From: Macrostomum lignano | Taxonomy: Eukaryota | Assembly: GCA_002269645.1 (NCBI GenBank) | Contig: NIVC01000434.1 | Location: forward strand, 248,001-312,000 | DNA: 64,000 nucleotides | Direction: 5' to 3' | Made by a program: the position numbers and the translations under genes | Notes under the pieces: generated by a model | Databases searched by the model: none | What the model saw: the letters and a program-made list of their open reading frames with translations, nothing else | What the model was told of the DNA's origin: nothing | In this document: positions 10,601 through 21,957 of the stretch, one piece after another | How the letters are laid out: each line of letters begins with the position of its first letter | How positions within the stretch are numbered: position 1 is the first letter of the stretch

Positions 10601-13600
10601 TAGCATGATGTTATTCCGCTATTGGTAGTCTCCGTTGGGTGAACAGTGGCTATAAAGTTGTCACCGGATTGAGGTCGCATTGGGCAACGCATGCGATGGA
10701 AATGGCTATATTTAATCAGATGCGCTGTTGTACCAGCTATGAATGGTTCTTAACGGGGTCTACGACTACTGACTGCCGCAATTCGACTACGTAAAAATGA
10801 CTAGACAAAATTTCGTGCATCCCTTCCTAACCACTGATAAAACTCACCGCGAAGCAGCTCCTTGCAAAAGTCGTTCCAAGGAAATGACCAATTAAGCGCC
10901 GGTCCAAAATAGTGATAGTCTCGCAGTGTACAGTTCACTTTGGGGTCATCACTAGATACTGATTTGCTATAGGCATCAAATGCAGTAGTTAGCAGTGAGC
11001 TCACATCAACTGGTTCGGTTGGCAGACTACTTAACTGCTCAATTAGATTACTGAACACTTTGTGACCTGGCGCGCCGGCCACTGCTGTTATGTCAGCTGA
11101 TTGATCAACATTTCGAACAATTTTTGATAGTTCAGGTCGTTCCGCTCCTACAAACAGGCTGATATTCGTTAGCAGCGATTCCATTGGTTTAAGACATTCC
11201 ATATCCGTGTCTAGGTAGATTCCTCCATAAACTTGCAGCACAAAGAAGCGAAATAGTTGATCCTGTTGCTGTCTGCTGGACAGTTTGCTGAACCAATCGG
11301 CGTGATGAGGATATCGAATTTCAAGAAAAGCGTCTCTGTCTTGGTCGCGCCACATGTAATATTGCCAGCCAGCATTCTGGGTTAGGCAGCTCTCTATCAA
11401 TGGTTGATAGACGATTGGAAGAATCTCACTTGGTGCGATTTGGTGAATTATTTTAGGTATGCTTGTTATTGAGTGCTCTTGAACGGACGGTAGAGATACC
11501 ATTGGCTCTTCTGATGTTTCAGATATTGTCACGGATGTTTCAGCTGAATTTTCTTGTTGAGGCGGTGGTGTAGCAGCAACTTTAATGCCTTCTATAGCAG
11601 AGTCTATGATAGAATCAGGTCTGACATCACTAGGGCTGTCTTTGCTGACTGACACAGGGATCTCCTCATTAGCTGAATTCTGATTAGTTATTTGTTCCTG
11701 TTGTATTAGGATTTCAGGTTGCTGAGCTGTGCTTTCTGGCTTGTTATACACAGGTGTTGGTTCCAGTACTTTCTCAGCTTCCACTGGCAGATCCAGGCTA
11801 TTCTCTTTGTTTTCACTATCACTGTTAATTAGCACCTCTTTCTTCGACGCTTTATCGCCGAAGTCTTCGTAAAATTCCACTTTGCTGTCGTTCAAGTCAT
11901 AGCTCGGGTCAATTTGGTAGATTATTAACTGAAACCGAAGATAGGGGCTGTTAAATACAGTTGTTAGCTTCGACATCGAAACTTTTGCACTTAGCTAATG
12001 TGCTTGTACTCGAACTTTTAATCTTCGAGTTAAGGTCTTATGATACTGCCTTGAATATTATTACCCACCCCTTAAAAAACACAGTAGAGATGGAGTTCAC
12101 TTACTACAGTGCAGATGAATACCAGCGCTAGCAGTACAGTTCTCTGCCAATAGATTCCAACATTGCTGAAGTGGCGCGTCATTCTGATTTTTTTATTGTG
12201 TCAAAAGTTTTGGAGCCCTTCGCTCAGTGTGAGTTTACTTTCTCTCAGGCTTTGGCCTCGACAAGCCCCCTACTTATCTTGTTTTTGTTTCAAAAAAAGA
12301 TTTTCTTTTCTTCCGTAGGCTTTCGTTATTGGGTAATTTTTTGGTCACAGACTTGCAAGATTAAAAGGTAGGGAATTGTTTAAAGCTGGATTTACATTGA
12401 GGGATTATCTCCTGCTTGAGTAGGGAGTTGCAGCTTATGTTGTTAATTTCTGAGCATATTTTGAGATAAAAAATCACGCTTCAGTTAAAAAAGCAAAGTT
12501 ATTTTTAAACATAAATTATTAGAAAATGTGTTGACAATATTGATTCAAACTACGACCCATTTGACTAGCTAGTATTCCTTACCAGTGACTTTAATTTACA
12601 TATTTTTTAAACTAAGGATCCAACGAACTAACGGTTAAATAGACCCAAGTAGTTTGTCACACATGTATATCAACAATTGATTTGAGCTTCTTGATGCCTA
12701 TTTCTGGGTCAATAAACAGCTACCTAAGGTACATGTCGGTAGGTAATTTGATCTAGTGACTCTATAAATTACCAATCATTAGTAAGCCAATCAAAAGCAA
12801 ATTAAATTTCGATAAATATCGGCAGTTGACGTATATTACTTTCCATACATATCGGCAGTTGACTTATATTACTTTCTATGCATATCGGCTGTTCACTTAT
12901 ATTACTTTCGATACATATCGGCAGTTTACTTATATTACTTTCGATACATATCGACAGTTGACTTATACTACTTTCGATACATAATACATATCGGCAGTTG
13001 ACTTATATTACTTTCGATAAATATCGGCAGTTGACTCATCAATCTTCAATCAATTAAACAGGCCGCCAAGCTCGCCCTAGATCGCGGCTGGGCCATCAAC
13101 ATTGGCGGCGGATTTCATCACTGCTGCGGCTACAGAGGCGGTGGATTTTGCGCCTACGCCGATATCACCATGGCTGTGAAGTTCCTGCAGCGCGGCTACG
13201 CCGGTCCGGAAAGCCAAATTCAACGGGCCATGATTGTTGACCTTGACGCTCACCAGGGCAACGGGCACGAGAGGGACTTTCTAGGCGATAAAACTGTCTT
13301 CATATTGGACGCCTACAATGTGCAAATTTATCCGGGGGACAATGCGGCCAAGCGTGAGTTACTCTGTTTGTTAACGACGGCGCAATGTGATAGGTTTCCA
13401 TGACTTATATAAGAGAAGCGCATCTTTATATAACTCTCTGATATAAGCTTCTGTGGCCCATCAATGACAGCTAAATGTGTAATCCATACATGGCAGACTC
13501 ACAATGTAGGACTGATACATGACACATTATCTAGGACCTATACGTGACAGGCACATCATCTAGAAGTCATACATGACTGGCACATGATCTAAGACCCATA

Positions 13601-14941
13601 CACGAAAGACGCATAATTTAGAGCCCATACGTGCAGCCCATGATAATTGATTACACCTGCCTTAATTGTGCAGCCGACACCTCAGCCGCAGCTATTGCGC
13701 GGCGCATCTGAAGGCTCCGTACGGCTGTTCAGTCCAAGGATTGGGGAGTTCCCACACCCTCAATTACCCCAGCTAATTCTGGTATCCATTTTACAGCTGG
13801 GTGAATTAAAGCACTGCAGAGTTAAGTGTCTTGCTCAAGGACACAAATTGTTCCAGTGGGATCGGGAATCGAACCCTCGACCTTCAAGTCGTGAGTCCGC
13901 CGCTCTAATCACTAGGTTACAACCCTTTCTATGGACATAATATATGCATATACATACAATATTCATTAGAATTCTGTCCGTATAATCAGAGCAGTTCCTA
14001 ATCTTCGCGCTTGTTGCTCCCTACCCAATCTCAGCCGCGATCAGCTGCAGTGTCGATCTCACTGCCGGAGTTGGTGACAGCGCCTACCTGGACGAAGTGT
14101 CGAAAGCTCTAGAGGAATCTCTGAACGGTTCCTTCCAGCCGCAACTGGTGCTGTACAATGCCGGTACCGACATTATGGACGGCGATCCTCTGGGACTGAT
14201 GCGAATCACTCCGAACGTGAGCCGCGGGGGGGTAGATAAAGCATTAGACATGCTGATTTTTAGTGTCTATATAGAGTGACAGGCGGATTCTTAGTGTCTA
14301 TATAGAGTGACAGGCGGATTCTTAGTGTCCATATAGATTGACAGGCGGATTCTTAGTGTCCATATAAAGTGACAGGCGGATTCTTAGTGTCCATATAAAG
14401 TGACAGGCGGATTCTTAGTGTCCATATAAAGTGACAGGCGGATTCTTAGTGTCCATATAAAGTGACAGGCGGATTCTTAGTGTCCATATAAAGTGACAGG
14501 CGGATTCTTAGTGTCCATATAAAGTGACAGGCGGATTCTTAGTGTCTATAGAGTGACAGGCAGATTCTTAGTGTCTATAGAGTGACAGGCGGATTCTTAG
14601 TGTCTATAGAGTGACAGGCGGATTCTTAGTCATAGTGTCTATAGAGTGACAGGTTGATTGCTAGTGTCTATAGAGTGATAGGTTGATTGCTAGTGTCTAT
14701 AGAGTAACGGACTGCTTGAACGCATTGTCTTAATGGTTGAAGACTGATTTTTGCCTTTTCTCAACAATCGCAGGGCATCATCAGACGCGACGAGCTAGTA
14801 TTCCAAGCCTGTCGAACACGCGGCATCCCAGTTGTCATGGTAACCAGCGGCGGTTATCAGCGCAGCAACGCGCGCGTTATTGCCGATTCGATTTTGAATC
14901 TGCGCGATAAAGGCTTGATTGAGGGTCCGACTGCCGACTGA
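7680..14941 (+). CDS. HDAC11: Histone deacetylase 11 (class IV), 352 aa, 5 exons
   Basis: Exons 7680-7979, 8571-8687, 13062-13353, 14035-14216 and 14774-14941. All introns are GT-AG and phases 0,0,1,0 join into an open frame of 1059 nt. Motifs match HDAC11 as I know it: WPIVYHPSYNISFAGLEKLHPFDSGKWGK, GWAINIGGGFHHC, GGGFCAYADIT, DLDAHQGNGHERDF, YNAGTDIMDGDPLG, MVTSGGYQ. Confidence 0.97.
8100..8360. repeat. 26-bp polypyrimidine minisatellite in HDAC11 intron 1
   Basis: The unit tttgccctcccctctcccgtctcttc is repeated about 9 times. Confidence 0.9.
9427..9582. mobile_element. 156-bp fold-back element (MITE-like)
   Basis: About 62-bp near-perfect inverted arms (gcgcaacc...ggccgtttctattggcaacacacacatgtaagt.gctattgg) enclose a GTCACGTGAC core. 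An 11-bp direct repeat tattataacat lies at 9410-9420 and 9593-9603. Confidence 0.7.
9616..12182 (-). CDS. Glycosyltransferase, GT32-like DXD sugar-binding family (OCH1/SUR1-like), type II membrane protein, 463 aa, 3 exons, nested in HDAC11 intron 2
   Basis: Exons 12182-12105, 11928-10848 and 9848-9616. Donors are GTAAGT and GTGAGT, acceptors are TTTCAG, and phases 0 and 1 are consistent. The N-terminal anchor reads MTRHFSNVGIYWQRTVLLALVFICTV|LIIYQ. Catalytic motifs: IPKIIHQ, WQYYMWRD, FRFFVLQVYGGIYLDTDMECLKP. Confidence 0.88.
12815..13036. repeat. ~33-bp minisatellite ending just upstream of the HDAC11 exon 3 acceptor
   Basis: The unit atatcggcagttgacttatattactttcgatac is repeated about 6 times. 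Confidence 0.85.
13645..13925 (-). mobile_element. tRNA-derived SINE family A (CORE-like centre), full length, in HDAC11 intron 3
   Basis: The head gggttgtaacctagtgattagag..ggttcgattccc carries A/B boxes. The centre gtgtccttgagcaagacacttaac..cagctgtaaaatgg resembles the MIR CORE domain. At least 5 copies occur in the window. Confidence 0.85.
14262..14706. repeat. 31-bp minisatellite in HDAC11 intron 4
   Basis: The unit gtgacaggcggattcttagtgtccatataaa is repeated about 14 times. Confidence 0.9.
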
Positions 14942-15168
14942 TACATTGACTGATTCACTCAGGTCCTGTCGAGATTTTTTATTAAACCAAACCAATACAT
15001 GAGAAGAACTCATTTGTAGTTAGGGGAACCAAAACTTTAACAAGTGTAGAGAACAGTTAAAATGGTGACTTCTTGTTGCTTTTTGATAGTATTTTTACCA
15101 ATCAAACTGATTCTCACAGGGAAACTGAATTGTCTTGTGTAGTTAGTTTTAATTAGGGTCAGATGGGC

Positions 15169-15518
15169 TGTGTGCACCCCTGGCGCACTTGAAGCCACAT
15201 TGTCACACAACCGACGAGAGGCATTGATGCCCATTCCGCCGACTCCCCTGAGCAGGCACACAAGCGCGCGGATACGTACGCAGTCATACGCACAGGCGCA
15301 CACTCACACAGGAGTGTACAGTGCTCTAACTTTATATTATCGTTAGGCATGTACACTTCACTGCGCCTTGTGAGTTGGCCCTCAGGGCCGTTAATTGCAC
15401 GAGCAGAGCCAAGCCGAGATTCCAATTTAGCCACAAATTAATGTTACTGCACTTGGAATCGAGCCTGGGCCGCTGGCACATCAGAGCGCCGCGCTGGACC
15501 CACAGTGCTACGACACCC
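15169..15518 (-). mobile_element. tRNA-derived SINE family B
   Basis: The head gggtgtcgtagc..ccaggctcgattcc carries a B box. It is homologous to 16228-16580 and 47914-48276. Confidence 0.82.
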
Positions 15519-16227
15519 ATCGCTGTCTTATGTATATTTGTGGATCAAAAACTGTGGGCTAATTGTCTGTCATAAATCAGATGTATATTTGGTTTTGTTT
15601 TTATCCTATTCAGCTGGTTTATAGCACTAACAATTTTCTATATTGTGATTCAATATGACATTATTTTGATCCTTTTCCATTACGTTTGGTTCGTAGATAA
15701 TTTGACAATACGCCAATACTCATAAACTATTGCTGTGCATACATATTAGATTTTTAAAGTATTTTTTACTAAGTTTTTTGCTTCTTTGATGCTAACATTT
15801 TTGACCTGTGTTTTTTTCATATTTATATATGTATATACATTATTAATTAATATTACACGGGAATCATAAGTATTCAGATCAAATCGAGTTTCTTTTTTCA
15901 ATAACTTGTGTTAATTTTTCTGCAAAGATTCAATTTTTACTTCAAGTTTGGGTAACGGTAATGCGAAAAAAAGAGAAATAATCACAATAATTTTTTTGGA
16001 TTGGTCATGGCTGGATGACAATGAAATCGATGAAGCTCAGTCACCCACGAGGGCATTCACTAAAACATGGTTGACAGTCCCAAATGCAGTATATGTGTGG
16101 GTTTACTGGTTAAGACACGGTTGGGTCCATGACAATTTTTTTTCACTGCCGAACCTAACCCTAAGCGAAACGTTAATTCCTAGCCAGGCCTATAATATGA
16201 TTAACAGGATAGGGAGTTATTTTTTAT

Positions 16228-16580
16228 TGTGTGCACCCTGGCGCACTAAAGCGACATTGTCACACAACCGGCGAGAGGCATTACGAGTACTGCCTCCCCC
16301 TGAGCAGGCACATAAGCACAAGGATACGTACGCAGTCATACGCACAGACAAACACACAGGAGTGTAACAGTGCCCTAACTTTATTTATTGTTAGGCATGT
16401 ACACTTCACTGTGCCTTGAAGGATGGGGGCTGGGGGTTTGGCCATCGGTCTCAAGGCCGTTAACTGCACGAGAAGAGCCAAGCCGAGATTCAAATTTAAT
16501 TAATGTGACTGCACTTGGAATCGAGCCTGGGCCGCTGGCACATCAGAGCGCCGCGCTGGACCACTGGGCTACGGCACCCC
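16228..16580 (-). mobile_element. tRNA-derived SINE family B
   Basis: Colinear with the 15169-15518 copy. Confidence 0.82.
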
Positions 16581-16748
16581 ATGCTTGAGGTTAATAATAA
16601 AGTAAAAAATCGATAACTCTCGTAATAGCATTGCTATCTTTATCTTTTATCGTATTTAACCGTATTCCAGATTTTCGCAGACTATTGAAAACAAAAATTG
16701 GCATACGGTTGGGCTAATTGAAACCAATAATTCCCATTCGGTCGCAGC

Positions 16749-17066
16749 ATGGACTCGCACACCCAGCTGGCCTGGTCAATCTACTGGTGCGGTCGCATGC
16801 CCCGCCGCTGCCAGACGGATCTGCTGTCCAAGCTTCGTCGCTGCCAGCAGTACCAGCGGTCAGTGGATCCCCAGATGCAGGCTCTAATCGATAGTCTGGC
16901 TGGCGCGAGTCTGAACGCGGATGACTCGAGCAGTTACATGTACTCATCGGAGATTATAATTAATAGCCAGACTGAGCTAATAGCGACCTGGTTTTCTAGA
17001 TGGGAGGCGCCAATTAGAGAACGGCTGCTCAGTGAGCTGGAGTGTCGAGTTGTTATGCTGGCCTAA
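16749..17066 (+). CDS. C14orf119/DUF4508-like small protein (105 aa)
   Basis: It shows the two-repeat W-x-x-x-W pattern I recall for C14orf119: TQLAWSIYW..QTDLLSKL, DPQMQALIDSL and SQTELIATWFSRWEAPIRERLLSELE. It is a GC-rich coding-like island, with an AG acceptor 1 nt before the ATG. Confidence 0.65.
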   Translation: MDSHTQLAWSIYWCGRMPRRCQTDLLSKLRRCQQYQRSVDPQMQALIDSLAGASLNADDSSSYMYSSEIIINSQTELIATWFSRWEAPIRERLLSELECRVVMLA

Positions 17067-18638
17067 GCAGTGCAGTGTTTGGGTCACTTTTTGACCAGAA
17101 CACCATCCGACTATACATTCTGCTATAAGTAGCAATGTTAGCCAATTATTGCGTTTTTCTGTTCTGTTTTCTTTATTTAAATTCCACGAGTACTCGTGGC
17201 TAAAAGTACAGCATACTACGAGTAATTGCATTTTGCATGTGCTTAGCACATTGCGACTGTCTTAATAAACGTTTTGTACGAGCAAAGTAAGTATTAAATT
17301 ATAAGTTGTTTAAATTCTTGTTTTTAGGTAACGTTACAAAAGACAATTATAACCACTGTATTTTTAACTTTTTTTAGATTATTTTCACTTCAATCAGCAG
17401 TCGCCTGTCAACTTTAGCTCATAAAGTGGAGCCCGAGTAACCCATGTACACAAATGATACGTCATTCTGCTCACATTGACACCAGGGAGCTGGGTTTAAA
17501 AAAACAACGAAAATTTGACTTGAGATAGGAGAGAACAAGCGAGGGGATAATTAGGGACTCCATTTTATGAGCAAAACCTCAAAACAATAGCTGGCATAAA
17601 TAAAAAAACATTGATTTTCTACACAAATAAATGTATACAACAATTTTCTGAATAATCATACTGAAACTAACTTAAACACTTGACACGTTGACAAGTTAGC
17701 ATAGTTTACACAGAAGAGCATATCAGCTAAATTTAGTTAAGCTCGTTTTTGTTTTAGAAGTTTCAGAAATTTAATTGTCACACTGATAAAACTACGTACA
17801 ACTTTGTAAAACCTAAAACTACGTTGGCTATAGTGTTTAAGTTGATAATATGAAATCTGTTTTAATGAACAATCGGAATAAACCACACAGAATGGAACAG
17901 ACAACATTATTTTGTCGGATCCTTTGGCCACTTGTATACACTCGTAGGTAATTCTTCAAAGAATCGGGCTTTGAGCGTAATGTAAATAGTTTTTTGCAAA
18001 TTCGCTTTGAAACATCCGTTTTCGCTAATAAACATTTTTCTGCACCTATTTTAATATCGTGTTTAATCACCTGTGCTATCCTGTCATGTCAGAGTGATAT
18101 GAACAGGTGAAACAGGTTTAGGAGGAAAAATTTTTTTAATATTAGCAATATGAGAAGATTATGGGGAAAACTGTCTGTATTGTTTCTTTTATTTCTCTTC
18201 TTTTCAGTCTTCAAATTCTGCTTTACTGAATGTTGGGCATCGCTATCTTTTTGTGAATTAGCGGTTAGTCCGCAAACACAAATTTTCAAATTTTTGTTGC
18301 AGTACGCATTAGCGGACCGGTATCTAAGTTCAAATTAGTGGAAGTCCATTTTCACTCGGTTTTTCTGCCTTTTCAAAAGGAAGAAAGAGAACAATAGCCT
18401 GATTTATGAATCCATTAGACGAATATTACTTATCTCATTTACGTCTACATTGGACCTTTTCATATTGCTTGTTCTGGTTCTAGAACCAGATCGTACTTGT
18501 ATAGTATATTTTGTCTCCTAAACTATATAGAGGGATATACGTGCTATGAAGTTATAGTTATTAAATAGGAATAGCCAAGAAGAAATTGAAAAATGATGCA
18601 GTGAGGCTGTTAAGACGTTCAACAAAGTTAAATATTTA

Positions 18639-19640
18639 CACTCAGCAACATTGAAAAGTGTCCACGTCTGCACAAAAGGCTACACTAGCTGAACGATTAG
18701 GGATTGAAAAAAATTTTCAACTATGTTTGGGCCATAGACAATCAAAATAAGGCAACAAAGAATGATCAAAGAAACAAGTCCATGCCCATTTATCCCCCCA
18801 CTTGGGCCGGGCCAAATTAATGGCTCCGCCAATAGGAAAGCAAGATTCATTTATCTGGCCCGGCCAAATAAATGGCTAAACCAATAGAAAAGAGCCATTC
18901 ATTTATTTGGCCGGGCGCGGTCTCCCTTCTCCTTTTTCTCTTTCCTTCTCGTTTTTTACCATAGACTACAGACTTTGGCGCCGTCAGCCAAGCGAGGGAT
19001 AAATAGAGTATTACCCCTTAATTCATTTAATTTGGGCCTCAAGAGTGACCTCGGGCTGCATTTCCATGGCCTCGGCTTCGCCTCGGTCACTCTATCAGCC
19101 AAATAAATAAATCCATAGGGGTAATACCATATACTTCCACGCTGTGTACGTGTCTAAAGCACAGTCAGTAACAGGTATAGATAGCAACCACGAGCGTCCA
19201 ACAGACCGCTCACTCGTCGAGGCATTCCCGAGCAAGGCGCCGCAGAAAGTCTTGTGGAAGCTGTTGCCACGCGACTGAAAGCGCATTGCGCAGCTGGACC
19301 ATGTTCTAGGGGGATAGAGATTGTTGCACCGAATAGTGCGCTTCAGGAAATCCCACACGGCTCAATCGAGTTCATATCCGGTGATCTGGACGGCCAACGC
19401 AGAGTGCGCCAATCAGTCATTTAGCGAACTATCGTTGTCACCTGCGTCCAGATGCCTCCAGTAAACCCCTGTACACTCGTTACTGTAACGCTTTTCCCTG
19501 TGACACCAGATATCGGTCTTTACACTTTCCTGCCCTTTTTGCTCATTTGTCTATGGCCCAAAACCAATTGGCGAAACCATCGATCGTGCTGCCCATGGAC
19601 CCTTGGCGCAAGGGTGGACACTTTTAAATGTTGCTGAGTG
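18639..19640 (-). mobile_element. Internally deleted Tc1/mariner transposon with a transposase C-terminal remnant
   Basis: 27-bp TIRs cactcagcaacatt(g/t)aaaagtgtccac differ by 1 mismatch. TA flanks both ends (18637-38, 19641-42). The minus strand at about 19440-19170 reads WPSRSPDMNSIE, VWDFLKRTI and QLRNALSVAWQQLPQDFLRRL..MPRRVSGLLDARG across frameshifts. Confidence 0.9.
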
Positions 19641-20067
19641 TATACTGCTTTTTTTCTTGCAAGATCCGAACCGATTCTGGTTCTGGAATTGGTCATGTGA
19701 AAAGCCTAATTTTCGCGCAATTTGACCGATTATTAATGTTTAGCCACTTAAGGAAACAGTCGCTATCAAAATGTCGAAATATAAGCTTGTAATTAGCTTC
19801 TATATATAACTCAAGGGTATACTGTAACAGTGCCAAAATGATACACTATATCATAGGCTTTAAACTCTTTTTTATTGCTATTGAAAGTTTCGTCATTTGC
19901 TTCGTAACCTATAACTACGGGAAGATCTGTGCTGTCAATTAGATTCTTTACAGTATATCAAAAGCAGATAGTATAAAACCAGACAACAGAAAATTTTAAA
20001 TGTTTAAATTTTCTCAATAATGTGAAAGCGTATTAGGTAAGGCTTTCAGAATTTGGTTTTAAGGCTG

Positions 20068-21957
20068 CTACCCTGTTTGCTGTACCAACTCGGTCGAAAT
20101 TTTGTCTACCAAGGTTCGAAGTTTCTCTTCCAGGTCAGCTTTCTCTTCACCGGCCTCGTTGATTTTCCGCTTGATAAAATGTTCAATCGTCTCCTGTTCC
20201 GGATGAAGTATCTCTAAACAGCGGTGAGCTATCACCAAGTTGTAAGCCAGTTGCTGCAGCGTCAGCTCAGCATCCTCCGACAGCTGTTGTTGAAGCCGCC
20301 TCATCCCTGCTCCGGCCCGCTCAAGTTCTATTTGGTATCTTTCGGCGACGTCGACAATTGTGATTGTTTTTTCGGTGACTACTTCTTTGAAGTTATTCTT
20401 CCTGTTTTGATGGCGTTTCCAGTGACATTCCAGTCGGCATTTTGTGCAATTTTCGTTGTGCATCGCTTCACAAAGCTCCTTTTCCTCGTCATTGCCGAAA
20501 GTGCAGCCACTATGGCATGCTTCTCCGCAATCAATGCACCAAGTAACGTTCACGTTTGTGTCGGCTTTCACAAACTCGACTATTTTTATCCGAATCGTTT
20601 TTTCTCCCTGCACCATCTGATCTTGTTGCTGCTCAGCGGAACTCTGCAGTTTGGGTATTTCGTTTTCATCAGCATTGATTGCTTGCGCCATAAGATCTTG
20701 TTGCTGTTGAATCGCAGTATGCTGCGCAAGCAGTGTAGCAGCAGTTCTAGATGATTTGTCAGCGAGTTTCTCGGTGGCCTCTGGCTTACCGTCCTCAACA
20801 CACTTTCTAAAGTGCTCTCTCTGAGCAACAATTTCGTTAGCCTGTTTGACAAAGTTATCAAAAGAAGCTATAAGCCTTTCCAATGTAAAACCACTTTCGA
20901 AACTCAACCTGTGGTGAGTTGTAATTAGGCTAGATGACTTTTCATTTCTCACATATGTCTGCCACATTCTGCTTCTATACTCCATCGTGTGTTGCTTTAG
21001 CTTATTTTGGTAGTCTTGGACGCTATCCCCAATGGAGCTTTTTAGGTTATTGACAGATATTTCATTAATAAGGCATTCAAACCTTTCCTCCGCCTCTTTA
21101 AGTTCATCCATGTAGTCACAGACCTCATCTAAATGTCTGGACGGAATGCTTGGTATTAAAGTTCTTCGCCTTCTTTGCTTGAAGTAGTCTATGGGTGTGA
21201 GGAAAATCTCGACTGGTTTGTTTGCATCTTCAGACCTTAACTTTTTTAGATACTCCAGTGCATCATCGGGGGACTTAAGAGGCTTCTTGTGAGGCTGGAA
21301 GTCAGTGTAGCATTCGCACAATTCAAAATTAGTAGAATCTGACGAATAGTCTGCTAGGCTTGAGACTTGATTCCGCAATGATTGCCCGGCATCCTCAATT
21401 AGATTTTCAATCTTTGATCTGAATGTGCTGATACTAGTGCTGGCTGAGTCCTTGAATTTCGTTTGACTTCGCCATCCCTTACATACAATGATTGCTTTAC
21501 CTCCGTATCTGATTCCAGTCACAATATGGGTTGCGGTAGTATTGTCTGGCAGGTTAATTAGATCATTTTCGTCGTCAAGGCAACAGTGAAGCTCTTCGAT
21601 GGCATTTTTAACGTCGTACTGGAACGAAAGGCTGCCTCTGCTTTGCAAGGAACTCGCTTCCGATATGTATCTTGCGGATCCTGTCCAACTCTTCTCGAAG
21701 AGCAAGCAGTTCACAGTGAATCTGAGCTCGGCACTCATTTCAAACCGTTCTACCTTTTGCTTCGCAGTCCGCTCGTAGTCAATTGAGAGTCTCACCTCTG
21801 GGGAATCGTTCCGTCGTGCGGTCATGCGCCGAATGGTTTCAGCTGGCCAAGCAGTCTTTGGTATTATTGAGTGCCGCCGGATGTCGTATAGCTGACCTAG
21901 ACGCACAGATCTGCCGAGGGTGGCCTCTCTCTCACATTTTGCCTCTGCCCACGACAT
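20068..21957 (-). CDS. Stonustoxin/verrucotoxin-like MACPF-CDC protein A (629 aa) with a C-terminal coiled coil and Cys/His-rich module; single-exon CDS
   Basis: ATG at 21957 (the ORF track's start is a GTG). SNTX-like motifs: ATLGRSVRLGQLYD, WTGSARYISE, LSFQYDVK, ATHIVTGIRYGGKAII, KPVEIFLTPI. The C-terminus has CxxCxxxCHxxC...CxxCxxxCHWxxH. AATAAA lies at about 19871-19876 (minus strand). Confidence 0.8.
   Translation of the reverse strand: MSWAEAKCEREATLGRSVRLGQLYDIRRHSIIPKTAWPAETIRRMTARRNDSPEVRLSIDYERTAKQKVERFEMSAELRFTVNCLLFEKSWTGSARYISEASSLQSRGSLSFQYDVKNAIEELHCCLDDENDLINLPDNTTATHIVTGIRYGGKAIIVCKGWRSQTKFKDSASTSISTFRSKIENLIEDAGQSLRNQVSSLADYSSDSTNFELCECYTDFQPHKKPLKSPDDALEYLKKLRSEDANKPVEIFLTPIDYFKQRRRRTLIPSIPSRHLDEVCDYMDELKEAEERFECLINEISVNNLKSSIGDSVQDYQNKLKQHTMEYRSRMWQTYVRNEKSSSLITTHHRLSFESGFTLERLIASFDNFVKQANEIVAQREHFRKCVEDGKPEATEKLADKSSRTAATLLAQHTAIQQQQDLMAQAINADENEIPKLQSSAEQQQDQMVQGEKTIRIKIVEFVKADTNVNVTWCIDCGEACHSGCTFGNDEEKELCEAMHNENCTKCRLECHWKRHQNRKNNFKEVVTEKTITIVDVAERYQIELERAGAGMRRLQQQLSEDAELTLQQLAYNLVIAHRCLEILHPEQETIEHFIKRKINEAGEEKADLEEKLRTLVDKISTELVQQTG

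Noticed and set aside
10801-11976. 391-aa intronless glycosyltransferase exactly as in the ORF track
   Set aside because: Both ends are intronic read-through. Consensus splice sites at 11928 and 10848 give a better model with a TM anchor and a terminal exon.
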